A DNA stretch of 64,000 bases from the human T2T-CHM13v2.0 reference genome, Homo sapiens (GCF_009914755.1 NC_060927.1); one strand, 5' to 3'; counted from the stretch's first letter, positions 46,191-63,330 are shown. Notes: generated from the letters alone by a model not told the origin. Program-made: numbers and translations.

Positions 46191-47281
46191 AATAGTAATA
46201 ATTAAAAGACAGAGAATATTTATAATTAATAGCTGTTAATGATACAAGTAATTCATAGCTTGCATTGAGAAAATCACCCAGAGAATAGATCTTTCCTTAG
46301 AATAAGTTTGATTGCTAATACATTGAAATAATGCCATAAATAAATGTAATTTATTTAAATGAATGTTAACTGAGGGTGAATGTAAGTCTTAGGAGAGAAT
46401 TATAGAATCCTGTGGTAATTTTTAAATATACACATTTTCAAAAATAAATAAATATTCACATGTTTCATATACATTTAAAGGCATTTAGGATAGTCTTTTT
46501 CTTCTTGTTGTCCTTCCTATATTTATCTGTAACTCTTTAAAATTTGTACAAGGATATTCCTTAATACACCTGAGAAGTAGTTAATTAAAATAGAAGATAA
46601 ATTATAATTTTTATACTCATATATAAAACACATACCTAACAGCCCTCTATTAGAAGAAACGAGATTTTTCTAAAAAGTTTCTAAAAATGTATAAGGAAAA
46701 TTGTAAGTGAATAGTTAAATACAAATAGACAAACTTACTATGGCATAATTAGAAATACCATAGCAGAAGATTACTTTTAAACATTTTGTTTGGTATACTG
46801 AATTCCCAAGTTTGGAGCTCAAGAAATTCAATTAAAGATAATAAGGAAAATAAATTGTAAACAATTGATACGATGATATTCTTACCTCAAATAATTTGAC
46901 ATTAAATAACTAAATCTTTAAATGTTGGTTTTATTTTCTGTTTACAGTAACAAAATTTTAGTTATAATCACTACCTTACTTTAAAACAGTTGAAAATATA
47001 ATGCAATTAGTATATCTGAGAATTTATTGACTATTTTAATCTAATAGATAAAGATAGATTAAAAATCTTGCCAAAGACTTACAACAAACAAAAGCACAAA
47101 ACTGGATATTTTAGTTACATATAGATAAAGCAAATAACAATGTTAAAAGTTTTAAAGTAGCCTAAAAGCCTGAAACAGATAAAAAACATTAGGAATTAAA
47201 AATAAAAATTCGTGATATTTAAAAAATGATACAACCTATATCAATAAAGCCAAAACTTCCCATTATCAGAGTGAACATTTA

Positions 47282-47422
<141 letters not shown>

Positions 47423-48814
47423 TTAAAAATAAATCCATAATAATACAATATCCTATAAACAAGTCCACTTCAACCTGTCTGTTTTATGGGCCCTGAATTC
47501 AGTAAGGACATTGACATCAATAAATTTGTATTTATATGTATTAATAATTTACCGATACCAATGTTCTTATGTGAATACCGAAATAATTTATACATGTAGA
47601 AAATAAGTCAAAAGAATAAATGTAATAAATGCAATAATGGATTTTTTGAAGGCTGAGATACTTGCAAAATTGAAATAATATAATATTTTAATTCAAACAA
47701 GAAAAATTAAATGTCTTATTAAGGCTCAACTCAACCTGTGTAATCCTAAATCTCAATGTATTAAGTCTACATCTTATGAGAAAAAAAAATATGATTAAAA
47801 TTTAAAAAAAGTTTAGTGGAATCTGTAAGAATCTTATAAATGAAATGATTATAACAGGAGTAATGAGATGTAGTCAAGAAATATGGTTTTTTTTTTTAGT
47901 TACATTTTACCAGGCATCTCCTGGACTGTATAGGATGTATTCCTTCCAGTATGCATTTACCAAAGTGTTTGTTGCTGTTGATCATTACAGCTCTGGTGTA
48001 TAACAATTTTTTGAGAACATACTCTTGTATCAGTTACATTGTGATACTAGTCCATTCCAGAATGCCAAAACAGTTAAATTACTAATTACTAATGCGTATC
48101 GCTAACATACTACATACAAGAAAAGAATAAATAATATAATTTCAGATATTCTTAATGTTATGAAGAAAATACAGTAGGGTAAGGAATAAAGAGTAACTTC
48201 CTGTTGGGTTGTGGCAGAATAGGGAAAAGTATGTAAATTCAATACGGCACTTTCTGTGCTCTTTGTACTCAGAATGAATATGTGAAATGGAGCACCAGCA
48301 TTTTCAAGTTTCTTTTATTTTTAGAAAATATTTCTGAGATTTACACTTAGTGAGCAATTTAGTTTCTCTCTCACTCTTTACCTAACATAAAATATCCAGT
48401 TCATTTATGAACTTAAAGCATTTTAGCAGAAAGAAATACATTGGGATTTATGTATGTATGGAAATTCAAATATGTAAAAATTAACAAATACTTCACTCAA
48501 TTATATAACAAATATTCACATTTTGTATAGTTATTAAGAATCAAATATTATCTTTAATTATGCTAATGTGGGTAAATTTTTGATACAGGAAGTTAACTTC
48601 TAAGTAAATTAGAAATTTTGAAAATCAAGATATTTATAATAATATAAATAATTTCATTCTTTTTATAGCTATGATGGTTATAGTTCAGTATTACCTCTGT
48701 ATGTCAAATATCTTCTGGTGCAGAAACTAAATATTATCTCTAATTCTTAATGCAAATATGAAATATTAAGATTTGAATTTTATTTTAGATTTCAACTAAT
48801 GATTTTTCATTTTA

Positions 48815-48940
<126 letters not shown>

Positions 48941-49343
48941 CTAATAATTGGAAGATTAAAAACATTCTTAATATTATTGAAGACTTTAAACTCTATTTCA
49001 CAAGAATTAAAAGGCATTTTTATTATGAGCAATTCATGTCATCCAAATGAATACGAATATATTGTTTTCTAACTTTAGGAGAATTTTTTTTTTCAGTTTG
49101 CTGAACAAAGTAGAGGAAAAATAAGTTCACTTTCTCAAAAATAAAAAAATCAACAAAAAGAGACTCATTTTCTTTCTACAATAATTAACAGTACTTTAAT
49201 TAGCTTTTTTATTCTTTGTTTTGGTTTAAAGTTTATGCCTTTAGGAAGGATTTTCTTAAAATCATTATTTCCGTAAAAATAAAGGGTATACTTAGCCAAT
49301 ATAAGTGATATGCAAAATAATATCATTTAAAATAAATATTGCA

Positions 49344-49487
49344 GGCCAGGCGCAGTGGCTCACCCCTGTAATTCCAGCACTTTGGGAGGCCATGGCGGGC
49401 GGATCACAAGGTCAGGAGATCGAGACTATCCTGGCCAACATGGTGAAACCCCATCTCTACTAAAAAAAAATTCAAAAAAAAAAAAAT
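49344..49487 (+). mobile_element. Alu left monomer only (AluSc/Y-type)
   Basis: ggccaggcgcagtggctca...aggtcaggagatcgagac...ctctactaaaa; TSD aaataaatattgc at 49330-49342 and 49488-49500. Confidence 0.9.
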
Positions 49488-49919
49488 AAATAAATATTGC
49501 TCAAAAGGTCTTGTTCAATTGAAAAAATGGATGGTGTATTTGAGTGCTGTTATTTTGCCTCTTCAAGGTTGAAATAAAAGCCTTTTTCAAATATTTGAAT
49601 ATACCATATAAAAACAAATATATAAGACTAGCTCAGTACTCAAGTCTTCTGGCAATAAGATAAATATGTAAAATAGGAAAAAGCATTAAAATAAGTTGCC
49701 ACTCCTTCCTAAATTACTGCTAACCTTTTATTTCCAAAATTTAAAAATAAATAATATCTCTTTATGCTAAATAATATAACTTCATATTTGAGTCTAGCTC
49801 ATGTGCAACAAAGGGTATACTTACACAAATTTTAACACATTTTTAAAGTCTGAAATTATTATTTTTTATAGTAATGACAGAAATTCTAAAAATATGTATG
49901 CTATGTAGTTAAGTTTCTA

Positions 49920-50051
<132 letters not shown>

Positions 50052-50803
50052 CTAAAATAAAGATAATATGTATTTTTTAATTTCAATTTTTAACAAGGAG
50101 GATCTTATCAAATATTAAGTTGGGTTTTCATAGTCAAGGGAAAAAAACTTTATGTTGTTACACTCCAATATTTCCTATAGATAATAATCAAAGGGCTATT
50201 TTATTAGCTTTAGATAATATCATATTGTAAAACTTAAAAAAGCAAAGAGGTAAATAAAAAAGTAATTTAGATAGCAATTAAAATAATGCATGCATATATG
50301 TGTATTGTTATAAAACACATGGTCATTGTGAATGTGAATATGTTTATTTCTGTATACCTCAATGGACACATGCACCTTTTAAAAATAGGTAATAATTACC
50401 AACCCACTCCAGTGTTTCTCCAACATTTTCATCTGATCAGCGAGTTTTCCAGTTCCTCTTTATTTACAATTGAGCAAAATTTCAATGTATATGTCTACTT
50501 AAATGAGAACTCTTTGTTATTATGAATTGATTTTGATTTGATAATACAGTTTTTTTTTTCAGGAGAAAAATAACTTCATACAATTTTCTTGTCCCCAGTT
50601 AGATATCACATATTTGGTAAGCAATCTACTTAATATTTTTATAACATTTTGAAATTTGTGTCACATCGTAGAATTCCAACTTGATGTTTATCAGCTTGAA
50701 ACAGTCCACTGAGTAACATCTATTATTCAGATGTTTTGTAATGTAGGGTCGATTTAGTTATACAAAGTTCAAACAATAAGGTTATTAAACCTGTAGAGCC
50801 TAC

Positions 50804-50888
50804 CTGTTTTAGAACAGGAGTAATAAGTAATGCAGGGCCCCACAAAAACTCAGTGTCCTCAATCCAGCTGTTCGTATCCTCATAAAAC
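50804..50888 (-). CDS. SI: SI exon 19 (85 nt) [28 protein letters not shown]
   Basis: ttag|G acceptor, CAG|gtaggc donor. Confidence 0.95.
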
Positions 50889-51065
50889 CTAAGAACAATG
50901 ACAATGTTTAAAGTATAATAATGAAAAAATAAGTTTATCCAAATTCCTGGTTCAGTTTATCTTTTCAGTTTTTTCCTGGGAATTGTTGTTATCTTGAATT
51001 GTGCTTGTTTCAGATGACATTTTCAATTCATGGTTCTTACATCCTTTATTGTTCATCTGACACTC

Positions 51066-51249
51066 AGGAAGGAAGGGAGGAAGGGAAGAAGGAAGAAGGG
51101 GGGAGTAGAAGAGGGAGAAAGGAAAAGGAAGAAATGAAGGAAAGAAGGAGGGGAGGGAGGATAGGAGGAAGGGATGGGAACAGAGGGAAGGAAAGTAGAA
51201 AAGGGGTAGGGAAGGGAAGAAGGAAGGAAGAAAAGAGAGAAGGAGAAAG
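51066..51249 (+). repeat. GA-rich polypurine low-complexity tract
   Basis: Directly visible. Confidence 0.9.
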
Positions 51250-51855
51250 TTTATCTCATACTCAGAAAAATCTATCACAGATGACAAGGTTACTTTTTAT
51301 TTATACAAAAATTCTTCTGTTAAATTATTTTCTCCTATAAGATAGGTTCATAAAGTATCGGAAATCTTTCATGTTCTACTTTCTTCACTTAACTTTTTTG
51401 TGGTAAGCTCTAGTTTTTACCTGAATTTAAAAGGATCTTTAAGTCATCACAGAAAGGCCCTGCTCTGGTCAAAGATACATGCAAAGATAAGCACAATTTC
51501 CCTTTTTTGTAAGTTTTATACTCTACTCTTGATCTATATTTAGTTTATACTTTCAATATTTAGTTGATGTATTTTTAAAAATTCTATGCTTAATCTCTTT
51601 ACTGATATAATATCCTAACATATTTTATATATCTTTTCCTTGTAAGTTCTATTTAATTCTCTCATTTCTACCTAAATATTGTCCAATTAATTATATTTAC
51701 TGGCATCATTATATAGCTCTTCAAATCATTTACACCAATGTAAAAACAAGCAGCAGAAGTTTAATTGATATCTTGATTTACCTCCATTAAACTTTTCTGT
51801 GTATGTTTGAACATACTTTAAAAGGTATTATTATAATTATTGTACGTAGTACTCA

Positions 51856-52176
<321 letters not shown>

Positions 52177-52299
52177 CTAGGTTTTGTTATATATTTTAAT
52201 TAAACTTAATTTTGAAGTGGACATTTCAACATATTTAAAGCGTTGCCACAGAAAAAATAAATTTTTTTTTTACAAAATAGAATTTTTATCTTGTAAATC

Positions 52300-52690
52300 A
52301 ATGTTTCATGCTTCCTTGTACCCACAGCCTTTATCATGGAATGTTGTAATCCCTACCAGTGAAGGTGGAGGGTGCCTACCCAAGCTTCGATGTGGCGCTC
52401 AGTCATGCAAACTACTCTGGCCAATAGGATGTTATTATATGTGACACACTAAAGCAGAGGCTTGAAATGGGCTTGCCTAAGGACTTACTGTCTTATCCCA
52501 TTGCTATTAGAATTATCACAGATAGGTTGCTGGCTCAGGAACACAGTGAACAGAGCTACCTGGACAGCCTGTAGACTTACAATTTGTAGTGCAGCCTCTC
52601 TACTGAGCTCAGGGTAGATAAGTGACTCCTTCAGCCAAGTAACACTGATATGGACAAGCCTGTTTAGACCTCTTGCTTTGGATAACAATA
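52300..52690 (+). mobile_element. MLT1-like MaLR LTR fragment
   Basis: ctctggccaataggatg...gcagaggcttgaaatg...gcttgc motif. Confidence 0.55.
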
Positions 52691-52719
52691 TTAACTGAAG
52701 ACCTCAACTACTGTCTCCC

Positions 52720-53090
52720 TGAATCCACTATTAAGTTTGCACTGAAAACCATGTTTCCCAGTGCTGCTCCCAGCCTTGAATGAGCATAGTAAGAACACCA
52801 TGCAGGCCTATTCTTGGGAGATGCAAGAAAGGTCAGTGGTCAACTTTCCCTGAAGGACTCCCCACTCACTTGATTGAAACTTGGTTAGAACTAGGCGCAA
52901 TTCGGGATTCTGCCTACCAAACCACCTTCCTTCCCTTCATCTTCATCAAGTTCAGACCTGAACGGTGGTCTGCAGGCTCTCCTCATTTTCTCATGCCCAC
53001 TCCCTTTGTCATTCACATTATTTCACCAATAAATTTCAAAATTTATTTCTGTCTTATCATCAGCATTTTGGAGAATACAAGTGAACGCAG
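52720..53090 (+). mobile_element. LTR16-like (ERVL) fragment
   Basis: gcaggcctattcttgggagatgca...gactcccc...ccaataaatttc. Confidence 0.55.
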
Positions 53091-53921
53091 AGTGTCATGT
53101 AATTTCTATCAAAATCTCCCATGGACACACATTTTCTGAAAGTATCATTTCGGTGTATTAGGAAGAAACTAATCTCCAATTTGTACCTTTTAATTTTTTT
53201 CCATCATGCCTCCTTCCAGGCTGAGCTCAGTAGTTGTCCCTCTTCTCAAACACAATATAAGCCCTGTATGCAACCAGTGTGTGAACACTGAACGGTTTCT
53301 TAACCAACAGATACTTAATTGACTTAATGGTTTAACTGAATTTTACTATTCTCTCCGAAAAACATGCCTATGATCATGAGCCCACAGTATGCTGAGTTCC
53401 CACGGCTGGTAGACTAGCTTTGTATTGTCTGGCACTTCTGCTCCTACCAGTCCAAAACCGTGTTTTAAAAGTGTTAGTTTTGTTTTTGTCTCTATGCCAG
53501 TTCTATTTATTATTGAAAGACGCTGGACTCTAATTGTTTTGTGACTATCTTTAAATTCTTGTTTTACATGAACTAAACACAAACTCAAAATCCATGACAG
53601 TATATTATAACTTTTCTTTGTATAAAAGTTACCTGGAAATTACATTGTTAGAATCCAAGAATTCATACTCTAAAAGCTTTGGCTCTACTTTAAAATACCG
53701 GTAACTTAATATACTTGTACAGTTATGCGTTAGTCTCAACTAAAATATTTGTGCTGTGAATACATTGCATTTCATGATTTCCTTATTTGACCGTTTTTTA
53801 AAAAATGTAAAAATATACAAAATATGTATAGGACTTGAGAGAGGGACTTCTAACAATGTCTTATGAATTATGCTACAATCTTTCAGACCATATACTCTAT
53901 AGATTTAATTTAAGTACATTA

Positions 53922-54092
<171 letters not shown>

Positions 54093-54519
54093 CTAAATAA
54101 CAAATATATTTACTATTTATAATGTTAAGATTCTCAAATTTGCCTAGAGCATCACACTGTATGCCTCAACTGATGAATGTGCCTTATATACAATTTGTTT
54201 TACTCCTTTTATATATGCTTCCTTAAACCAATTTATTTTCCATTTTTGCTCTATCCTTGTCTCTAGTTGCATTATTTTATATGTTCTTTCCTTCATTGTC
54301 CCTTTATGCATTTTCTTATCCTTTTGTATTTACATTTTACTCATTTTTTATTTTGATGTTCTCATTAATTCATTGTAAAAGATGAAATTACTGTATTAAA
54401 ATATGTTGGTTGCTTCTTAATCCCTAACTCAACTTCTTTGATTTGATTTTTCTTATTTATAATATAATATGTAACTGTAGGAATAAAATAACAAACTGTG
54501 ACCATGTGTTCATGTTGAG

Positions 54520-56340
54520 CTTTGAAATTAATTATTCTGAATAAAATTGAGATTTGCCCGATGTGTACCCATGTAAGACTGCATTATCCTTATTCAAGGA
54601 CTCTCCAGAAAATACTATCTTGAATTTAGTGTTTACCATTTACAAACATTTCTTTATTTTTTCTGTGTAAGTATATATGTATCTATAAACAATATATAGC
54701 ATTGTTTTGCATGTTTTCTTAACAGTATAAATGACATGTTGTATGCATTATAATGTAATTTCCTTTTTGTGTGAAATTCAATTATATTAATGTCACTCTA
54801 GTTCTCCAGTATATGGGAACTCATGACTATAAAAATTCTTCCGTGAAATTTATATATAGGCTGAGCATCCCTAATCCAAAAATCCAAAATCTGAAATACT
54901 TCAAAATCCAAAACATTTTGAGAGCCAACATAATGCCAGAAGTGGAAAGTTCCATACCTTACCTCAAGTGACAGGTTGCAGTCAAAACTGTTTCCTGAAC
55001 AAAATTATATAAAATTACCTTCAAACTATGTGTATAAGGTGTATATGAAACATAAATTTGCTCATTTAAGTCATTTCATTACATATATGTAAATATTAAA
55101 ATATCTGAAAATACCTGAAATCTGAAACTCTTCTGGTCCCACACATTTTGGATAGGGGTTACTCACCCTGTATAGATATCCTTGTGAATATGTAAAAAAC
55201 ATATTCTTATTCTATGGTGTACATACATAGGATTATTTTTCTGGTTTACTTATAATGTGCATTGTATAATCGGAACTGTTTGTAACCATTTGCAAGCACT
55301 ATATAGCACACGAAGATTCCCCTTCTTCATTTTCTTGCCAATTCTTGATATTTTCAGACAAATTTTATCACCTTTCTTCATAAAATATATCTCACCACAG
55401 TTTTTACTTGCATTTCTCTGATTACAGGGAAATTGAGAAGTTTTTCATATTTTTATTGGGTCCCTATAGATTACTCTTTCTATAGAATTGCCTGTTTATA
55501 TCTTTTACTTATTTTTCTATTGTTCTTAATTTTTACAGATTTAAGGTAGGCACTTCAAATTGAATATCATTTATAGACTATGTGAATTGAAAATAACATT
55601 TCCTGGTGAGTTGCTTTTAATTTTTAACTTTTCAAATGTTCTTTTGATGAACAGAAGTTTTCATTTTGTTGTAGTCAAATTTATGTATGTTTCTCTTAAG
55701 ATTTATTCTCCTTGTATTCTGCTTAAGAAATTATTTCTCTAACCTGATGTCATAAATTTACCATTTTATATTTTCTTCTGAAATGGATAAAGTTTATTTT
55801 ACACACATAGGTCCCTTAATCTATCTGGGACTGTTTATTGTGCATGGTGTGAGAAATTGACACATTTTATATTGTTTCCTAAATACTGAGTCAATAGTCC
55901 ATATAAATAGTTGATACTTCCCTTCACTGCTGTCATTTAACAAATTATACATGCATGGGCCTGTGTCTTATTTTGCTGTGTTAATCTATTTGTATATCCA
56001 CAGTCCAGTATCATTGTGTTAATAACTACAGCTTTATCTGGTTAGAACTAATCCTCATTCTTTTTCTCTACTTCTTTAAAATGTATTGTTTTCCATATGA
56101 AGTTTAGAGTCACCTTTTATGTTTCCCAAAATCCCTTTTATTGTTTAAATTGGAATTCCACAAAATTTTGATAACATTTTGTAGAGAATGCCTATTCCTA
56201 ATATATTGAGCCTTCTTATTATTGAACAGGGTATATCTTTAATTTACTTAGCTATCACTTATATTTTCTCAAAAAGTCCTACATTTAGTTTTAATATTGA
56301 CTGTTGGTTACAGTTTATTAATTGGTTGCTATAATAAGTG
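54520..56340 (-). mobile_element. Decayed L1ME-like fragments
   Basis: ttgcatttctctgattac and gaacagaagttt...tagtcaaattta antisense ORF2 phrases. Confidence 0.6.
54857..55170 (+). mobile_element. Tigger4/MER46-type TcMar DNA transposon within decayed antisense L1
   Basis: TIRs taggctgagcatccctaatccaaaa and ttttggataggggttactcaccctg; TA flanks. Confidence 0.85.
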
Positions 56341-56769
56341 ACACCTTATACTAAAATACATTTGAATATTGCTTGTTTTTCCTTCTTTTTTTAACAAATA
56401 TGCTATAAATTGATCTATTTTATTAAAAGTTTTGAAGAGCCACCTTTGTATTTTAAAATTTTTCCTCTAGAGATTTTGTTTACATTGTATTAATTTTTTC
56501 TCTTATTTTAATTACTTACATCTTTCTTTAGGTTTATTGTTTCTCCTTTTCCACTTTTTAAATTCATGCACTTCACTCACTGTTCAGCGTTTCTTTCTTT
56601 TTAAGTATTTAAATCAGTAAGTTTTTCTTTAAATATTAACAGCTGAAATTTCCCAAGATTTAATAAGTAAAATTGTTAACAGTTAATTCTTAGGTTGTTT
56701 TTTTTTTTCAATTCTATTCAGTTTATCTTTTGACTCATGAATGAATTTGATAATATGTTTTTCAATTTT

Positions 56770-57153
<384 letters not shown>

Positions 57154-57577
57154 TAGTTTTATAATACCTTCTACATTATTTTTGTTATGTAGTGTCTCTC
57201 TTTAGTCTTGAATATCAATATTGGATGCTATGTTTTTGTTTGATAGAGTTAGACTTCTCAGATATTTCATGTCTACAATTCCTAGTACACATTTTCTCCA
57301 CTTTTGAAATTTTAAACGTTTTTTTCTGTTCTTATGTTTTATATATATTGTAAACAAAAGATTATCTTTTAAAATCTAAACTGGTAATCTAATATTTTAA
57401 GTAGACTTAGACTTCTGACATTTATTTTTATAACCAATGTATTTGAACTTTTCTTCACCATCTTATTTTTTTCTTTACATCTTTCATATAAGCTTTTATA
57501 TGCTGTTTATATTTATATTTGTTTTCCTCAATTATCTTGATTTCATTGAATTTTATTAGTTCTACATTCCCACTTTA

Positions 57578-57946
<369 letters not shown>

Positions 57947-58019
57947 TTAACAAATACAATTTATTTTAAAAAATAAAGTTGGTATTTAAATTCTAAAATT
58001 TCATAATTCCAAAGCCATG

Positions 58020-58389
58020 TGATATAGTTTGGCTGTGTCCCCACCCAAATCTCATCTTGAATTGTAACTTCCACAATTCCCAGATGTTGTGAGAGAAACC
58101 CGATGGGAGATGATTGAATTATGGGGGTGGGTCTTTCCTGCACTGTTCTTATGATAGTTAATGAGTCTCATGAGATCTGACGGTTTTAAAGAAATAGGAG
58201 TTTCCCTGAACAAGCTCTCTCTTTGCCTGCTGTCATCCACCTAAGATGTTACTTGCTTCTCCTTGTCTTCTGCCATGATTGTGAGGCCCCCCCAGCCATG
58301 TGGAACTGTAAATCCAATAAACCTCCTTCTTTAGTAAATTGCCCAGTCTCAGGTATGTCTTATCAGTGGCATGAAACTGGGCTAATACA
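58020..58389 (+). mobile_element. THE1B-like solo LTR
   Basis: tgatatagtttggctgtgtccccacccaaatctcatcttgaattgta...ctaataca; perfect TSD ccatg. Confidence 0.93.
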
Positions 58390-59462
58390 CCATGCCATAA
58401 TATTTATAATAATTATGTCAAAATTTTATATCAATTTTGTATTTTGTTATTAATATTTACTTATTTAAATATATTCTGGTAAAATACAGTGAAAAGGAAT
58501 TTTTAGAAATCACTAAATTTTGAATGACTCCAATCATCCTTTATCAAATTACATAAACATGGGCATTTGGTATCCACTCAACATTTGGTTTTGAAATATA
58601 ATATTTAAAGTAATTGAATTCCCTTATAAATAGAAAATATTATACCTGAACTTGAACCTAATACATTTTTTGTAGTGTGATGACTCCAATTATATATTTA
58701 TTTCGACATTTTCAAATATTAGCAGGCAAGGTTGGGATAAAACTTACATAATTAAGAAGATTTTTTTTTTTAGTTTCTAGAAGTTAACCACTGTCCACAA
58801 CTACAAGCATCACTCACGTTACCTAACTATTATTGATAACATTTTCATAATTGGAAACAATTAGGAAATGTGTAACTACATTCTCAAGTGCTTTTCCATG
58901 TTATAATCTTTATTATATTGAAACATAGCCTGTTTTTTCTTTCCTAGGATATATTAACTTAAACACTGCTTCATGTAATACTCCATTGAGTTTACAAAGT
59001 AAATTGAAGTAACACCATGAATACAGTGGTTAAGAGTTCTGGTATCAGTATGATTTAAGACCATAAAAATACAAATTTGAATAAACACTCAATCACAACT
59101 GTTTAATTATGAGAAAATCGTAAGTATATTGAGAATAGTATTTGGTTTACTGACTATTGTATCACAGGACCATAAACAATGCTTGAAAATTAGTAGATAA
59201 TGAACATATGATTGTTTTCTTCTTTTGTTTTGTATCATATTTTATAAAAATGTATTAGAAAATTAGTTAGAAGGATATTAATTAGAAAACTACATTTTAA
59301 TTAAAATACTTCTTTTTGAAAAATAGTTAAAGACCTGTTCTTGGGGCAATATTTTCCCAGGCTAATTGTGAGATGCAAGCTTAAAACACAGTTATATTCA
59401 GAAATGGTAAAATTTTGAAGGATAATTTAAATCTAGGAGTTACAAAAAAGAGTCTTAGTTAA

Positions 59463-59875
<413 letters not shown>

Positions 59876-60041
59876 TAGTAAGAGAACTGATATTTTGAAT
59901 GCCATAACTTTTTAGCAGGCATAAAATATTATCTTTCTTTTTTCAACTTTGCTATTTCCTAATTATGAATACATTGATAAATTATCAAAAACATTTTTAA
60001 GCAATAAATATGAAAGAAGTCTTTGAATGAAATTGCACTTA

Positions 60042-60188
<147 letters not shown>

Positions 60189-60686
60189 TTATATTTTTCC
60201 ATTATAAAAGTTATATATTTTCCATCATAAATGTCATATTCCTTTTCATTTGTGTTATGAAATTCCATATTTGGTTAAAAACAATGACAAAGGACAATCC
60301 AATTAAACCTAAAATAAGTTCCAATTAGGTCCTCATCTTTCACTCTTGCTAAACTTGGATTAACTATTAGATTTATATTTACATTGGCAAATACTCTGTT
60401 TCCTAACTTCGATAACAAATAATTTAACTTTAAAAATAACCTTTAACAATATAGAAATATACCTATACCAAACTATATTGTACATCATATATTTATGGAC
60501 CAATTTTAAAGCCTTATACTAGATTTGTCTATTTAAATATAATCCTAGGCAGAAAATATTTGTCTGAAGAAAAGGTAAACAAATTGATTTTATGGTTTTA
60601 GAACTATACCAAAAATTGTAATTTAGAAATATATGTTAGAAATTACTAGTCAACTACAAAATTATTCTCAATTAAAACAGTAATTA

Positions 60687-60857
<171 letters not shown>

Positions 60858-63330
60858 CTAGTTGTTTGAAAATGTTTTATATAAGATAACCATAATGCTC
60901 GTTAATTCCTAGAAGATAAATATAAGCTACCAACCTAAAAATAAACAGAATGTCTATATCAGATAAGTATCTTAGATGGGATAGAGAGATTTTAAACAAT
61001 CAAAATGTAGTTCATGTGTCTAGTTTTGATTATATATAATTACATTAATTATAAGTATTAAGTCATTTCTAAATAGCTGTTAGTCTTCTCATTATGAGTC
61101 CATTAATATACACATTCCTTGCATATTCATTGATTCAATATGTTTGGTTTCATTTAAACTTACCTAGTTTCTATGATGTGCTAAGCACATTGCTAGCAGC
61201 AAAATTTGCCTACCAACAGCTCCTATACACTCATAAAAGAATGAAAGCTGTAAAAAGGCAAATAGCCTTTAGTATTTTAATTAAAATAGTTATGGCTTCA
61301 CAGAATCTCTGAAACATTCAGAGAACCCCAGGTGAGCATGATCACACTCTGAGAACCAAGACCTAAACATCTCTTGAAGAAATAGTGGTGGGATATTATG
61401 TTCATGGATTTTCTAGCCATTTTAACATAGGCCCCAATCTTGTCCCACTGCCTGCTAGCTATGTGACCATAACCCAGTTAAGTCTTTGCACTAAAAAAGA
61501 TAAATTTTATAAAATCATATATCACAGTACATATACTCAAGAAATATGCATTTCATCTTTCTTCTCTGCAAACTGTGTTGAGGACTTCTATAAGCCTTAT
61601 TTTTCTCATCTCTATAATAGTCTCCTTTCACATAAAGACATCACATTCAGTCACATCCTTGTCTGTGTTACTTTTATTTCTCTCAGAAAAAGTAGATTTT
61701 CTTAATTACATTTCCTTTTCCCCATCCACATCATGCCCATATTTTAAGACTCACTGCTTTTCAGCTTCTTGAATCCTTCCCCTCTTATTTCAGCTTTCAA
61801 TCCTCCCTTTAACCTTAACACTCCTATATTAACTTTGCAATCATTAAACCTATCTTTCATACTACTTTCTGAGACTTCCCAGATAATATTTATTAACAGA
61901 TTAGAAAATATCTGAGACCGATGGTGTCACTCAAAGACACTAATAAAATAATTTTTTAAACACATGTAATGGTGAATCATTTGTATTGTAGTCATTTGTT
62001 TCATAAAATTATAACTATAACTAGACATACTTATTTAGTTTGCAAAAGCTTCCATAAATATTGAGTTCCTCTGACCCAAGCACACTCAATATGATTATTC
62101 ATCTCTATTATTCTCAAAATATTCTCATAAAAGTTTCTAACTATGGATATAAAAAGAAGCTAAGGAAATTTGATACATGGAATTGAAATGATAAATTAAT
62201 GGTGCTCAAGGGAAAAAAGAATAGATTTGTTATCATGACACGTTTAATCGGTATATATTTCCACTTCCCAAATGTTTTCAGAGTAAGCAGAAATGAGAGA
62301 AATTAATATAGTTATTCCAAAGTACAAAAATATCTAAAGCTACATTGAGTTATTTTTTTGAAATTGTCTGGAATGTTATATTCAATTTTGTTTCCTGTGT
62401 CCAGTAGAAATTAATAATGGTATACCATAGTTACACAGCAAATAAGTGTAGGTAAACTACATTTTTCTTCATGATTCCGCCAATAACATTAAATTTTTAA
62501 AAAACTGCTGCTGAAATGTATAATTTGGGAATAGTGAGCTGCATTATTTTAAATTTTAAAAGAGTCTTTTTCTAAACAATTTTAACATCCGAATATATAA
62601 TATAGTTGAGGAATTGCAAGGGTAAAACACTCATCTATGATATTAATATCATTTCTATTTGAGTTAAATATGTGTAAATTTGCCATAAATTTCACAAAAT
62701 CTTTCATCAATGAAAGTAAACATTATTATGTAATTTAAGGATGAAAATTTTTTTTAGAAAATAATTAATTGGTTTTACTGAAAATAATTTTAAAAATATT
62801 TAAAAGTTTTATTGTATGACCATTTCAACATGATTGAATCAGAATGTGATTATTTTGCCAGCTCACAATAAAAGGGAAAATAGTTTTTTGAACCAAGAAT
62901 ATAAATTATTAACCTACTGAGGCAAAATTTTTTTTCATAATTTTAACCATATTTTACATAATACATGACATTTAATATTTTAGTAACCTTCCTTAAATAT
63001 GTCTAAAGTATGTCTATATAGCAAGATTGTATTAAATTAAACTTACTACCCATATTTTAAAAGAATTTATCTATTGTAGTGTTTTTAAGTGGCATTTTGA
63101 AAATTATAAAAGCATTTTAATTCTCTAATTTATCCAAATGATTTAAGTGAAACTACAGTTATTTAATGTCATATACCACTGCATTAAATTAAGATTTTTA
63201 ATATTACAACTAGTAGATTTGGAACATTGTAGTCATGAGGCAAAAGCCTCAGTGGACTGATAGTAATAAAAACATCTAAAGATATGTAGGTGTCATTCAA
63301 ATCATCTTAAGTCTATTAAAAACTATTTTT

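Noticed and set aside
50952-51340. 111/113-aa ORFs on both strands
   Set aside because: Low-complexity GA tract
52780-53139. 119-aa + strand ORF
   Set aside because: Lies in an LTR16-like remnant; no recognisable protein similarity
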